Below are positions 26,348-38,946 of a DNA stretch of 64,000 nt, one piece after another (position 1 is the first letter of the stretch; each line of letters opens with the position of its first letter). The stretch lies in the NCBI RefSeq assembly GCF_006345805.1, contig NC_042999.1, forward strand, positions 122,822,001 through 122,886,000, given 5' to 3'. The DNA is from Octopus sinensis. Its lineage: Eukaryota. The position numbers were made by a program, and so were the translations under genes. The notes below the pieces were generated by a model. That model was not told the DNA's origin. It saw only the letters and a program-made list of their open reading frames with translations, and did no database searches.

Positions 26348-26946
26348 ACTTTTGGGAAAATATTTTTAAAACAAAAAGACTCATTTTGTAAATGTTCCTG
26401 GTTTTGCAATGTTGATGTTTTATGTTTGTTTCTTTTTTTTCTTCCATCTTACCTGTCTATATTTCTCTATTAAAACACGATGATGATGATGATGGTGGTG
26501 GTGATGATGATGATGATGTGCAGGAGGAGGAGGACAATGACAAATCAACTACGATGACAATGCTGTGAACATTGTCATGCAATTGCAACAGAATCTTTTA
26601 GAAGTTAGCAAGCTTTTTCATTGCTTTGCAATGATGAGTTCAACTTTTCCTCATGGATGTATGTTGTCACAGTGGCAAATACTATAGCTGAACTGCTCTA
26701 GTAGTGTCAATGCAAGCATTGTCAGACTGAGAAATGTACAGGTTAGTGCCTCCAATTATACTGATGCACCTATTCTCACCTATGGATGTTGACAGAATTT
26801 GGATGTTGTCCCATTATGTATCTGAAAATGAGTAAATACTTTGTATATAATCAATCAGTAAGTGAACCACAGAGATGCAATGAAAGATGCATAAACAACA
26901 AGCAAGATATGAGCCATGCTTAAAATGTTTCATAGTATTCTTTCTA

Positions 26947-27385
26947 ATATAAGAGCAAGGCCTGAAATTTTGAAGGACAGGGCTAGTCAATTACATTAAC
27001 CCCATTGCTTGCTCAATTGGTATCTAATTTATCGGCTGGCAGAATCGTTAGCACGCCGGGCGAAATGCTTAGCGGTATTTCGTCTGCCGCTACGTTCTGA
27101 GTTCAAATTCCGCCGAGATCGACTTTGCCTTTCATCCCTTCGGGGTCGATTAAATAAGTACCAGCTACGCACTGGGGTCGATATAATCGACTTAATCCGT
27201 TTGTCTGTCCTCTCTGTGTTTAGCCCCTTGTGGGTAGTATAGAAATAGGTATCTAATTTATCAACCCTCAAATGATGAAAGGCAAACTCAACCTCAGCAG
27301 AATTTGAACTCAGAACATAAAAACAAACGAAATACAGCTAAGCATTTTGCCCAATGTGCTAAGATTTCTTCCAGTTTACCACCTT
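26947..27385 (-). mobile_element. Older family B SINE interrupted by a younger family B copy
   Basis: 26947-27033 and 27248-27385 rejoin into one minus-strand family B copy. Confidence 0.75.
27034..27247 (+). mobile_element. Young family B SINE with target-site duplication
   Basis: CpG-rich copy. ggtatctaatttatc is duplicated at 27019-27033 and 27248-27262. Confidence 0.88.
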
Positions 27386-30115
27386 GAAATGTATTGTAAT
27401 GTCATGCTTCTTAAGTGACTAACATGTAAAATAAAGAGTTAAATATAATGTACTGTGAGTTGGGCCCAGTTCTTGCATGGTGCAATAATTATTGATATTG
27501 GAGAGACTATTATAGAGACTATTACTTATGTTACATAAAGACATTTATTTAACAAAATCTAAGCTTAGCTTAGATTTTTTGTTATGAGAGAAGAAACATT
27601 TGCTCTTAGAGAAGGAGATTAGAACTAGATCTAAAGAAACTGTGTATCTCAGGAATGGTTTGTGAAAATTGAAAGGCCTTAGCAGTTCTTATTTGAGAGC
27701 TACAAATATATTGCCATGAGATGTACAAAATATTTGTATATAATCTCAGAATGTTAGAACAGGATTGTCAGTAGAAGATTTTCAAGATGATTGATACATC
27801 ATCAAGGATATTTGCTTATGTAATGTCTAGTATGACTGAAATATTTGTAACATTTAGTTGCAACATCTACTATTAAAGAAGCATTTATTAGGATGTAGCA
27901 TCCCATTTATGCTAAGAATATTATAGAAGCATCTCATCAGAGTTTATCTTCAGTCATTATTTGCCCTCTACAAACTGCAAGATTGAATGGGAAGCTTAGG
28001 CTTAGTTTGACATGAATGGGATTCAATACATCATATACAGAGATATAGAACATTACCAATTGTTCCACTCATGACAAACTAGGCATATACTGCCCATAAA
28101 AGCTAGAAATTTGAAGTTTCTGAACATAAATGAAAATAAAATTTGCCAAAATATATTGAAAATATTCTTAGTGTAGTTAAGATCCCCCACATCCAGAAAA
28201 GAGTTTTATCAAATAAAAACCTTTGTTTAGAATCCAGCTTAAAAATCTATTACAATAACAGCATCTACCATACTGTAATAATATGTAGTTCATTGAGAAT
28301 TTGGTTGGAAAAGCTCTTGCGCTCGTGGTTAGCTTGATATTATAAGTAAATTATTGTGCTTTAGCATGAATGAACAAGTGTTGAGAGAAGTGTAGAAATA
28401 TACACAGGTATATACAGTAAGCAACAAAAGGCTACATAGCTGTTCAAATGAAACAAAACAAAGCAATTTTAAATATGTTAATGTGTTAATGATTATTGGA
28501 TAGTGGTTTTGTGTGTGTACATATAAGCATGTATATATATATATATATCATGTGTGTATGCGTGTACACATGTGTATTTGCATACATATCCTTTTATATA
28601 TTATATACACATACATTTGTATGTGTGAGAGTGTGTGTAATTGTATGTGTTTGTAGACATGGTTGAGAATGTGGATATATTAGCATGTTGCATATTTTTA
28701 CAAAAATACCAAGGCAAAAGATTGTAAAGTCAAAATGAATGGTAATACTTGATCACTATTCTGTAATTATTGTAACCACCACCTAATAATTATAGTCATT
28801 ATTCTTGTACTGGTTTTAGCAATTCTGATGTGACATTACTGAGGTACCATTATAAATTAGTGTACAAAATATTCTGCAAGAAATTTTCCCTTAAATAAAA
28901 ACATATTTATTATCACAAATTCAATTTTCAACCATATAAATCAATTTTCTAAAGAATAGTGTTGCCTCCAGACAAGACACATAACTCTGCTTGACTCAAA
29001 TACTATTCCTGTTTCTTGATTGAAAGGTCAGTCTGTAAAAGTAATTGCCTCAGCAATATAAAGAAAATGCCCAAATTTCAAAAAAAATATCCCAGACCAA
29101 ATTAATATGGATAAATAAATGTAAATCATTAAAAAAAAAGAAGGAATCAGAAAAAAAAAACAATTATTTAAAGTTTTTTATGTAATCACTTTGGAAGAAA
29201 ATACATACTAAAAGTAATAACCTACTATGAAATCTTAGCTATAAATTTACCCAAAAAGTACAGCTTATTCTGTTTAGAACTAAATAATCTGGCAATCAAT
29301 GGAAATAGACAGACACTCTGTAGCCACACAAATAAGAAGTGCTTCTATTTTAAAGAAGTTTGTTTTGAAATTGATGACAAGAAATAAACGTTTTCTTCAT
29401 TTCTCTCCTGTTATGGAATAATATATAAAAAAATTAATAATTAATAGGTTTTAGAGGCAAGAACTTTAACTACAATGATCTATCATTGGAGACTTATAAA
29501 CGCATTTAATATTATAGTTTGTTCTTATGATACAATGATACTGCAATTCAAGTTATGGGGGTGGGAGTGGAGCAATTAGTCCATCATTTAAAAACATTGT
29601 TGCTTTATATGAGAGCAATGATGCTTTATTATTAAGAATAGCTACACTTAAAATAATCATAACACAGATGCACATATGTGCATGCACACATACACACACA
29701 TATGTAATGTATATATGTTTTTATAATAAAATATATTTGGTGTACTTAATGAGAATACACCACAAGAAGAGGTAGTCAAAATGCTAGAAATAGCAACCAA
29801 ATATCCTTCAGATCACACACTCTTTTATTATCTTAATGCAGGAAGAACATATTAGATAATGCTGTCCAAGAAACCCTCTGAAACAACGATATGGTCTTTG
29901 ATGCAGTATCTTAGGTAGGTGTGCTTGATCACAGCTAATACCTATAATGTATACAAAATGAGCAGAAGAATATCATTAATATTCTAATGAAGTTGATGTA
30001 ATTCAAGAATGATGAAATCATGTCTCACTTAAGAGCTCTCGATTCTCAAGCAAACACACTCACACACACATACACACATATCTGAGCTTGTATGATTGTG
30101 TATAGAAGAACATAC

Positions 30116-30423
30116 TAATCAATGAAATTCCAACTAAGTCTGATTTTCATGTTTTATCATTTGCAATTTTTACAATTTTACAATATTGAAATAAACTAGT
30201 ACTTTCACGCATTACTCAATCATCAGGTTTGTGTAGTGACAGTCATATTCCACAATTGACAACTGTGTATTTAGCTGTGACTATTATGGAACACAACTGT
30301 CACTACATAAACCTGGTGATTGTGTAATGCATGAAAGTACTAGGTTATTTCAATATTGTAAAATTGTAAAAACTGCAAATAATAAAACATGAAAATCAGA
30401 CTAAGTTAGAATTTCATTGATTA
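30116..30423. mobile_element. Fold-back / MITE-like element with ~128-bp inverted arms
   Basis: 30116-30243 is approximately the reverse complement of 30296-30423, with scattered mismatches. Both ends carry TA. Confidence 0.75.
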
Positions 30424-30463
30424 ATATATATATATATATAGATATATATATATACATACATAC

Positions 30464-30508
<45 letters not shown>

Positions 30509-30569
30509 TATCAGCAAGTTTGTTCATTTCCAGTGTTTCTTGGAAAACATGTCTAGCTATAGGAAAATA

Positions 30570-31055
30570 TTACCTTGATAGGAAAAAAGGTGAGGTTTGA
30601 CAACAGGAAGAGCATACAGACAGAAAATTGGCCTCAACAAATTCTGTCTGGCCCTGCAAGCCTGGAAGAGTGAATGTTAAATGACAAAGATAATGATGCT
30701 TGTGTACAGTCTGGTGCTTCATAAAGGCATCAGTGCTGGAGCTACGTAAAAGGCACTGGTGATGGCACCATATAAAAAGCACTGGTGTTGATGCCATGTA
30801 AAAAGCACTGGTGCATGTAAAGAGCACTGGTACTGGTGCCACGGAAAAAGCACTGGTGTTGGTGCCTCATAAAAAGCATTCAGTATGCTCTGTATGGTGC
30901 TTGGCATTAGGAAGGGCATCTGGGCATAGAAAGCACGCCAAAACTGACAATGGAGTCTGATGTGACCCTGACCATACCAGCTCCCATCAAACCATCCAAT
31001 CCATGCCAGCAGTGAAAACTGGTCATATATAATAATAATGATGATGATGATGATA
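30570..31055 (+). mobile_element. Family C retroposon with 5-6 internal ~26-bp units
   Basis: Units of actggtgttggtgccaygtaaaaagc at about 30750-30880. Conserved 3' end and (AAT/GAT)n tail. Confidence 0.78.
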
Positions 31056-31142
31056 TCTACTACATATGTGGAAAATCGGTGTGTGTTTGTTTATGGTGTT
31101 GTTAGCTAACCCCTCCTACATCGTTTTATTAATTTTGATGAA

Positions 31143-31570
31143 ACTTGACATGTGAGCAGAACTCATATCTAGAAATCTCATGATATACTTAGATTGTTGA
31201 AAAATCGATAATATGGCCCCTGGTAGGGACCTTTATATCTACCTCATCTAACTAATTTTTTAAATACCCAAGGGAAATAACCTATAGCACCGGTACAATT
31301 TTTTTAAAACACTCAGGGGAAATAACCCATTTCATTGCTTATGCTTGATTACTTTGAATATTGATTTTTGTGTGTCCTATTTCTAATTTTTTGCATTCAA
31401 TATCACTTTTATACTTTATTTGACAAGTGAGTAGAACTCATGTCTGGAAACCTTGAGACATACTTATATTGTTGAAAAAAATCGATAATAGGGCCCTTCC
31501 AATGGATCCTTCTATCTACTACATGTTACAAATATTTTATTTAAACAACCCAAGGGAAATAACCCATACC
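31143..31570. repeat. Two diverged ~150-bp direct repeats ending in aagggaaataacc (possible Helentron-associated element)
   Basis: ttgaca.gtgag.agaactcat.tct.gaaa..aaaaatcgataata..ccc..cccaagggaaataacc occurs at 31143-31285 and 31421-31566. Confidence 0.6.
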
Positions 31571-31853
31571 TACTGCAGATTTTAGCGAAGAGATCAATAT
31601 TTGATTCTCACAATCAGCTGACCTAATTCTGCATTTCACTACTCAAAGTTTTGAACTGCTAAACATTATTACTGCACTTCCTTAATTTGAATTTTAAGTA
31701 TTAAAGTCTTCATTCATGCATTTCCATACATACATACCTTTTTGAATCCCCATTACTCTGATAATTGTGCATTTTTACAGTTACATATTTTCCATGACAA
31801 TAGATAAATTTTTCATTCCACAACATATTTGTAGTGGCTTCATGCAGGCATAC

Positions 31854-31930
31854 CATTGATTCGATCTTCGATTGCCAAATTTCACTTAACACTTCAACAA
31901 CGCTTTTCTCATGGTAAAACAATAGTTTTT
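31854..31930 (-). CDS. Candidate 77-nt coding exon of an unidentified gene
   Basis: Acceptor ctgctgtcattcacag, donor ATG|gtatgc, open frame KLLFYHEKSVVEVLSEIWQSKIESM. No homolog recognised. Confidence 0.25.
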
Positions 31931-32284
31931 CTGTGAATGACAGCAGTTATACATTTCCCAGATGCTTTCGCTAAGCAGAATGTCTTTGCCTCTCACCAAC
32001 CTCTGACAACATCTCTCACCAACCTCAGAAAACCTCTCTTGCCAACCTCCAGCAATCTCTCTCTCCTCCAGCTGACAGTTTTTGTACTTTTTGGTGATGT
32101 AAAATACACCTTTTGTGGAAGTTATAATGAAATTGTTTTCTTATATCAGAGTAATAAGGCGTTTCAATAGAACATCTTTACCCCCAGGAATTACCAAGTA
32201 CACCAGCTAGTATATATATATATATGAGTGTGTGCATGTATGTATATAGATATGTATGCATGTATGTATATATGTATGCATATA

Positions 32285-32330
<46 letters not shown>

Positions 32331-33224
32331 CATTTATAAATAGAAATATAGCTAGGTAGATAGATAGATAGATAAGCATTACATATACACATGTACAAAC
32401 ACTAGTTTGTCAAACAAACTCATGCTGGTATGGAAGATGAGCACTATGTGATGATGATAATGATATATTATCGTACTCTGCTTGATAAATAATATGCAAT
32501 CAAAAACTACATAGCACTTGGTATAAAGATGCACAATGATCTACTTTATCTTTAAAGTAATATGAGGTAATTTATTGTGTGAGTTACCAACAGTTTCAGT
32601 CTTGCTCTTCAGACTGTATGCATTAACATAGTGTCAAACATAAAGCATCTGTCAAGGGGAATAACTTGTCTTCAGAACTATGAGTTATTTCCCTTGACTA
32701 GGGATATAATTGTTAAGAAAGCACTGTTAAAGTTTGAAGAAAAAGTAAACTAAAAAATAAAATGGATGACAAAAGACATGAAGTTGAATGATGAAAGAAT
32801 GAGAAAAGTCTGAGCTGAAGCAATATCATGTGTCTGTGCATACATGTGTCTCTAGCTATGCTAAGATGGTGTTTCTTTGTAGCATTATAGATGTTTTTGA
32901 AGGTGACTGCATTTTTCAAATATCTCTGATCTGGTCCTTAAATAGATCTTACCTTTGAATGTTTTTGAGGATTCTTCTTTTCACTTTTGTGCGTGGATCA
33001 TACTGTTTTCTGTCTACTTCGTTGGGCCTGAATATTATCCAAAGCCTTATACTTTTATTTCCAGAGGTCATTCTTTCAGTCTTGCTCTTCAGACTGTATG
33101 CATGAACATGGTCATCTTTTGGTTTTGCTTTGATATGCTTATGAAATGTTTTTATTAATTCAAGTTCTACAGAGATAATTTTTGGCTCATACTCTGTATG
33201 AGCTGCAAAAATGTACGATTCTCA

Positions 33225-33440
33225 AATACATACATGCACACACACACACACACACACTTACACACACATGCAAACACATACACACACGTGCATGTACATG
33301 CACATACAAACATGCACACATGCACACACACATGCCTGCATACTCACACATATGCATGCACACATACTCACACACACATACAAACACGCACACTCTGTCT
33401 CTGTCTCTCTCTGTCTCTCTCTTTCTCTCTCTTTCTTTGC
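33225..33440. repeat. Compound (CA)n / (CATG) / (CT)n microsatellite
   Basis: Direct reading of the sequence. Confidence 0.9.
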
Positions 33441-34601
33441 ATTCCCACCATCAACAAACACAAACATGCGGATACATGAGTAATTATCTTCCATTAGTCA
33501 TACTTGAGACACAGAAATTCAACCCCTGACAGACATGTTACACTACTTTGCTCTCAAAGAAATGTTAAAACTTTTTGATAAGATCTTGACAATATTAAAA
33601 GAATCATTAGAATGATAATTGTTGTGAACGTTGAAGCAGAGGTGGGGGTCATTAAACTGGAGTTTTGTTTAGAAAAAGGTTCCTAAGAGATATCAGTAGT
33701 AGACCGAAGTTAAGTGGATCAATCATGAATGGAAGCAAAAGTTTTGTTGTTGAATTTAGAGAGATTTATTTCATCCACTGCTTTATTTCATAATAATATG
33801 CAGTGCTTTTAGGAATACTACAAATATCAAATCTCCTAATTAGTATATTAGGAAATTAACTAAGCTCATTTTGTTTTTGTATATCTGATCACATGGTAAA
33901 GAGATTTAAAGCAGAAAGAAGCCAATTGTTAACGGTTGGCATAAAGTTAGTATTAGTAAAACTGTCAAGTTTGTTACCATAAGAAAATATAATGAATAAT
34001 TAATTAACTTATTATGAAATAAGACTGTTCTTGCCTTTATTTGTTTTTTGGCTTACATTATCCAAAAGCCCCTCAACTAAAATAGGTTTTTTTTCTTTTT
34101 GTTGTTCGATATGCAGTTCTTTTTAATTTAAACTTATATCTACATGTTACATAAGTAATTGAAGATAGGATATCTCACTTTGTGAATAATTTGATATTTG
34201 TGATGCCAAATAAACTTGTGATTAACTTGACACTAAAATTCATTATTGACTATAATATTTTAGTTTCTTTACTCCACCATGTTCTTAAATTTCTTCCTCT
34301 TCCATCATAAACATCATACATATATTTATTTCAAAGATGAATATAAACCAATGTCTAGGTAATTTTGGTTTATGTCTAATATTTCGAACCAGAACCAACA
34401 AAAAGTACTTAATTTTACTTTTTATTTCAGACCTTTAACCACAGATCACTTACAAGTAGTCTATTCTTGCACATCAGTAAAATTTCCCCACACTCCAGTG
34501 ATTTACTGACAAGTCAATAAAACGTTCATTAGTATCACTTGCAAAAACTGTTTTCCCCAGAATTTGATAATTTCTTTATGTGTACATCCATCCATTCATA
34601 T

Positions 34602-34637
<36 letters not shown>

Positions 34638-34658
34638 TTATATTTATATAATATATAT

Positions 34659-34912
34659 GCACATGGTTGTGTGGTAAGAGATTTGCTTCCTCCCAAACAC
34701 ATGATTCTCGGTTCAGTCCCACTGCATGGCACCCTGGGCAAGTGCCTTCTATTATAGCATTGGACCAACCAAAGCCTCGTGAGGGGATTTAGTTGAAAGA
34801 AACTGAAAGAAGCCCATCATGTGTGTGTCTTTGTGACTGTGTTTGTCCCTCACCACTGCTTGACAACCAGTACTGATGTGTTTAAATTTCCATAGCCTAG
34901 TTGTTCACCAAC
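34659..34912 (+). mobile_element. tRNA-derived SINE, family A
   Basis: ggttgtgtggtaag..ggttcagtcccactgcatggcaccctgggcaagtg..aactgaaagaagccc. Confidence 0.8.
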
Positions 34913-34928
34913 ATATATGTATAGTATA

Positions 34929-35145
34929 GGTGCAGGAGTGACTGTATGGTAAGAAGCTTGCTTCCCAAACACATAGTTCTGGGTTCAATCCCACATGGCA
35001 CCTTGGGCAAGTGTCTTCTACTATTGCCTCAGGCCGACCAAAGCCTTGTGTGTGGACTTGGTAGATGAAAACTGAAAGAAGCCCATCGTATATATATATA
35101 TATATGTAAGTATAAATGCGTGTGATGTGTGTATGTATGTATGTA
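34929..35145 (+). mobile_element. tRNA-derived SINE, family A, 5' half, in tandem with the previous copy
   Basis: ggtgcaggagtgactgtatggtaagaagcttgc..gaagcccatcg followed by (TA)/(TG)n. Confidence 0.8.
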
Positions 35146-35351
35146 TCACAACATATTTTATATGGGTTTTTTATGTGTTTTTACCACTAGTAAAGGAGAA
35201 TGTTTTTACCGTTTTTTGTAGTCTATCCCAACAAAAGGACTCTAAACTATGCAATTAACACTTAGTTTGTCATCAATTTATATCAACCAGTTATTATTCA
35301 TGTCATCATCTTAGATGTTCTAACTATTTTAACATGAAGGCGTAGGCTGAA

Positions 35352-35572
35352 CAGCATTTAAGCCAGTCATATCTGGCCCAAATAGTCTGCCTATTTTCTG
35401 TTCACATTAGCTAGATCAGGTCACTTACACCTATTCTACGATGTCATTCCAAAAAATATTCTCAGATGATTGAAATTTTAAAGCTACAAGATAATAATAC
35501 ATGATTAATTCAAAATAATGCAAATAAATAAGCATTACATTTGACTGAGAAATCTGAATGCTAAAGAGTTAA
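35352..35572 (-). mobile_element. piggyBac-type MITE (one end degraded)
   Basis: Reverse complement of 45031-45258. Ends in tgaatgctaaagagTTAA. Confidence 0.7.
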
Positions 35573-36029
35573 AGAAGGAAACAGAACATTTCAAGACTAG
35601 TTCTAACTGTACAACATTTTTTTAATTATTGTCTGAGTTTTGTGGTGGTAAAATTATAAAAGTATAGCTAAGGAGATTCAGGACAAAGTAATCACCAAAA
35701 ATATAATAAAATATTTCAGCAGCCACAAAGATGGTACAATTGCAGCTTCCTAAATATCTTCAGTTTGTAACTCATTCCAACTTCCATATCATTACCACTC
35801 ATTAGCTTTTTCAAAATTAGTTTCCCTATCTTTTTCAAATATATTTTAAAATGCTGATGAAATCAAATAAATGGTGAAGATTTGCTTTGGCAAATACAAA
35901 TTACCTGATAAATTGCTCTTAATGCAACAATATGACAATATATGTAATTACATATATATCTTATTTCTAATTCTCATTGAAATTTCTAAAGTTCATTTCG
36001 TTCTGTCATTGTTCATCCTCCATTGTCAA

Positions 36030-36335
36030 AGATAACAAGGACTCAGCATTGGCTGATCTAGTCTGGTGAGTCTGAAAGAGGTTAGCGAGGCATATCTGGG
36101 CTTTGAATCTTCTCTCACATTTAGGAAGGTGCATTACTCAGGGTAGTTGCAGAATGAATAGTTCTTCTTTTGCTTTCAGTGTCAATCAGACTGTATACCA
36201 ATTGTCTCGGTTTTTGTCAAACAGCTCTCAGAAGTCAACTACAATGTGAAGGTCTTTAAGAACAACTTTAAGGCAGTCTGTGAACTGCTTCTTCTGTCTG
36301 CTTTCTTGATAGAGTTCACTACTAAGGAGATGCTC
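36030..36335 (-). mobile_element. RTE/BovB-type LINE C-terminal remnant
   Basis: Translation HLLSSELYQESRQKKQFTDCLKVVLK...LPKCERRFKAQICLANLFQTH resembles the RTE C-terminal pattern C..C.R.F.A.IGL.SH.RTH. Several stops. Confidence 0.65.
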
Positions 36336-38876
36336 TAAGATGTGGTGATTTGGTTTAATCATTGGAGCATTAGACAAAATGCCTTGTGGTATTTAGTTTT
36401 GCACGTTTCATTATAAGTCAAAATCCTTTAAGGTAGGCTTTGCCTTTCATCCTTCTAAGATTGACAAAACAAAGTACAAGTGGAGAATTATGGTTTGATT
36501 GAATTGATTATATCCTCTCCATAAAACTTCTGATCTTGTACCAGTGTTGGAAATCAATATTAATTTTTATATGAACAGTGAGTTGACTGGAATAGTAGAA
36601 TATAAAAAAATGAATGCTTGTAGTTTTTAATTCTGTTCTTTAGAGTAGTCCTTGACTTATTTCTTTTAGAACTGTTCCAAATATGTACTAATGAATAGCA
36701 ATGGTTAGTACCAGTTATATACTGAAACCACTTTAATCATCTCTGATACAAATATTGATCTAGTTACTATTGCAGTAAAAAAATCAATATTTATAGTTAA
36801 AAAACCAGTGTTAATTAATGTAGCAAAGCTGGAAGTTTTATTTTATTGAAAAGTCTTATAGACTACCTATTTTATTGAATAATTCTTATCCAATTAATAT
36901 ATATTCTTACATTCTTTTTCATACATCACATCACAAAAACAGTTTTGATAGCCAATTTTCTATCAGTTCCTTCTTCATTCAATCACTGACATTTCAAAAC
37001 ATGAGCAAATAAAAATCAAGAATTTAATTTTTAAAAAATCCAAGAAAATCCAGCTTTCAGATAATTTTCAATCAACAATGAGTTAGTTATTAATGGTTCA
37101 AATTTTTATATGATATGATATGCACATTAATATGAAATAGAGTTCTACATAGATCTTTTCAATGATGTAGTAGGACAACTAAAGAATTGATTCCAGGCAT
37201 GAGTAATTCATTAATTATGCTGTCCATTATGAAATGAATTTTATTTCTGATATTTATTGAAAATATATCTCATCTTGTTAATAGTAAATACTCCAAATTA
37301 AACCAGTAGTTTTTCTTCTTCTTTTCTTTTTTTTTCTTTTTGTTTTTTTAGCAGCAGTCTTATCTCTGCATATATTTATATAATTCTCTTACACCTGTAT
37401 TTTGCATTTAAGTACATCATCAATGTACTCACTTCTACCAAAATCACCATCACCATCGTTATTCTGTTTCAGTTATCCACATCAATAACTGTCACACTCT
37501 AAAATATAGAGCCGTAAGAGTACAATATATATTTTAGGGTATGAATAACAGAAATGGAGCAAAGATCTTATAGTTTATATTTTCTAACTACCAGCCCTAT
37601 CGAATTGATACATTTTTGCTTAGATTTAACAACACCGAATTTAACTATTTATATAAAGATAAACATCTAAAACCTTCATTTATGTTTAATAGGCTGTTAG
37701 TTGATCTCATCATATTTATGTGTACTATCTCAGAAAATATACAAATAGAAGGGCATTTTGAAAATACAAATTATTTCTTATTTTCATCTCAGAAACAGCA
37801 ACAATGATGCCAGTAGCATATATATATTTTTGTTTTGTTTGTAATTAACTATAGTGTCTGTGCTTCAACGTAAGAAAATCATCATTAAATCGTAACTTAT
37901 TTTGTATCTTAATTCTTTGTTATAGGCTATACTAGTAACTAACTGACCAACCAACCAACTCCTTTTCAATTCATTCTCATGTATTTTTAACATTCTTCTC
38001 TACCTATCTTCATATTTAGTTCCCAGTTCTCTATACACAGCTCTGTTGTCCAAGCCATTACCACCATATTTGGTGACAATCTTCATATAAATTTATAGCT
38101 TAAATGTGTAAATCATCATAAAGATGAATATATTCAAGTGATGTTCTCTCACCAGTGTTTCCTATCTAAAAAGTTTCAAGCAGCGAGATGTCAGAATATC
38201 ATATAGTATTGTACATCCAGTGGTCTCTGTTTTATTTAAGTCAAATATTATCAAAGTAGTTATAGAATAATTGCCTTCACTAACAAAAGGTCTTTCTAAA
38301 GAATTTTAGATGAGCTCCTATTCTTGTAAAGCAATAAAATTTTGTGGTACATAGAATTAAAGTGGAGATAAATTTTCCAGAAATAAATTGTTGTAAAAGT
38401 GTTTTTATTATTTCATCAAATTATTTTAAATGCTGGAAATTTTCAGATTTTGAACATGCAAAATATCAACGTCATAAAATAATTGGTTGTGATAAGATGT
38501 GAAGGATACAGGGTCTTAGCATCATATCAGAGTATAGTCTTAAATGTATAACATAGAAAATGAATATGTACATAATAGACAATCAGCAAATGAGTGAAGA
38601 ATCAGCCTATGTAGACTAACAAAGAACTACATGCACAGACACAACTGAATATGAGAAATGTTACAGCTCCAAGCCTGCTGTGACTAGCAGAACTATGATT
38701 TAACTCTGTGATTGTCCTTTGTATTATATGTGACACACAGGACATAGTTCCCTGGCATTCATGCATCACATATATTATAGATTCCAAATTGCTTTTCAAC
38801 CACCTGAGTAACTTGCAACTTAGGAAAGAAAAGCTTTATATTACTCAGAAAGTTTTAAAATAGGTATAGATGTTTA

Positions 38877-38946
38877 TGACAAACTTATTAACATGGACTG
38901 ACAAACTTATTAAAATGGACTGACAAACTTATTAAAATGGACTGAC
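38877..38946. repeat. 22-bp minisatellite, 3.2 copies
   Basis: Unit tgacaaacttattaa(c/a)atggac. Confidence 0.92.

Noticed and set aside
26650-26830. Apparent micro-exon and short intron with a CTAAC branch point on the minus strand
   Set aside because: Downstream frames close quickly and there is no supporting homology.
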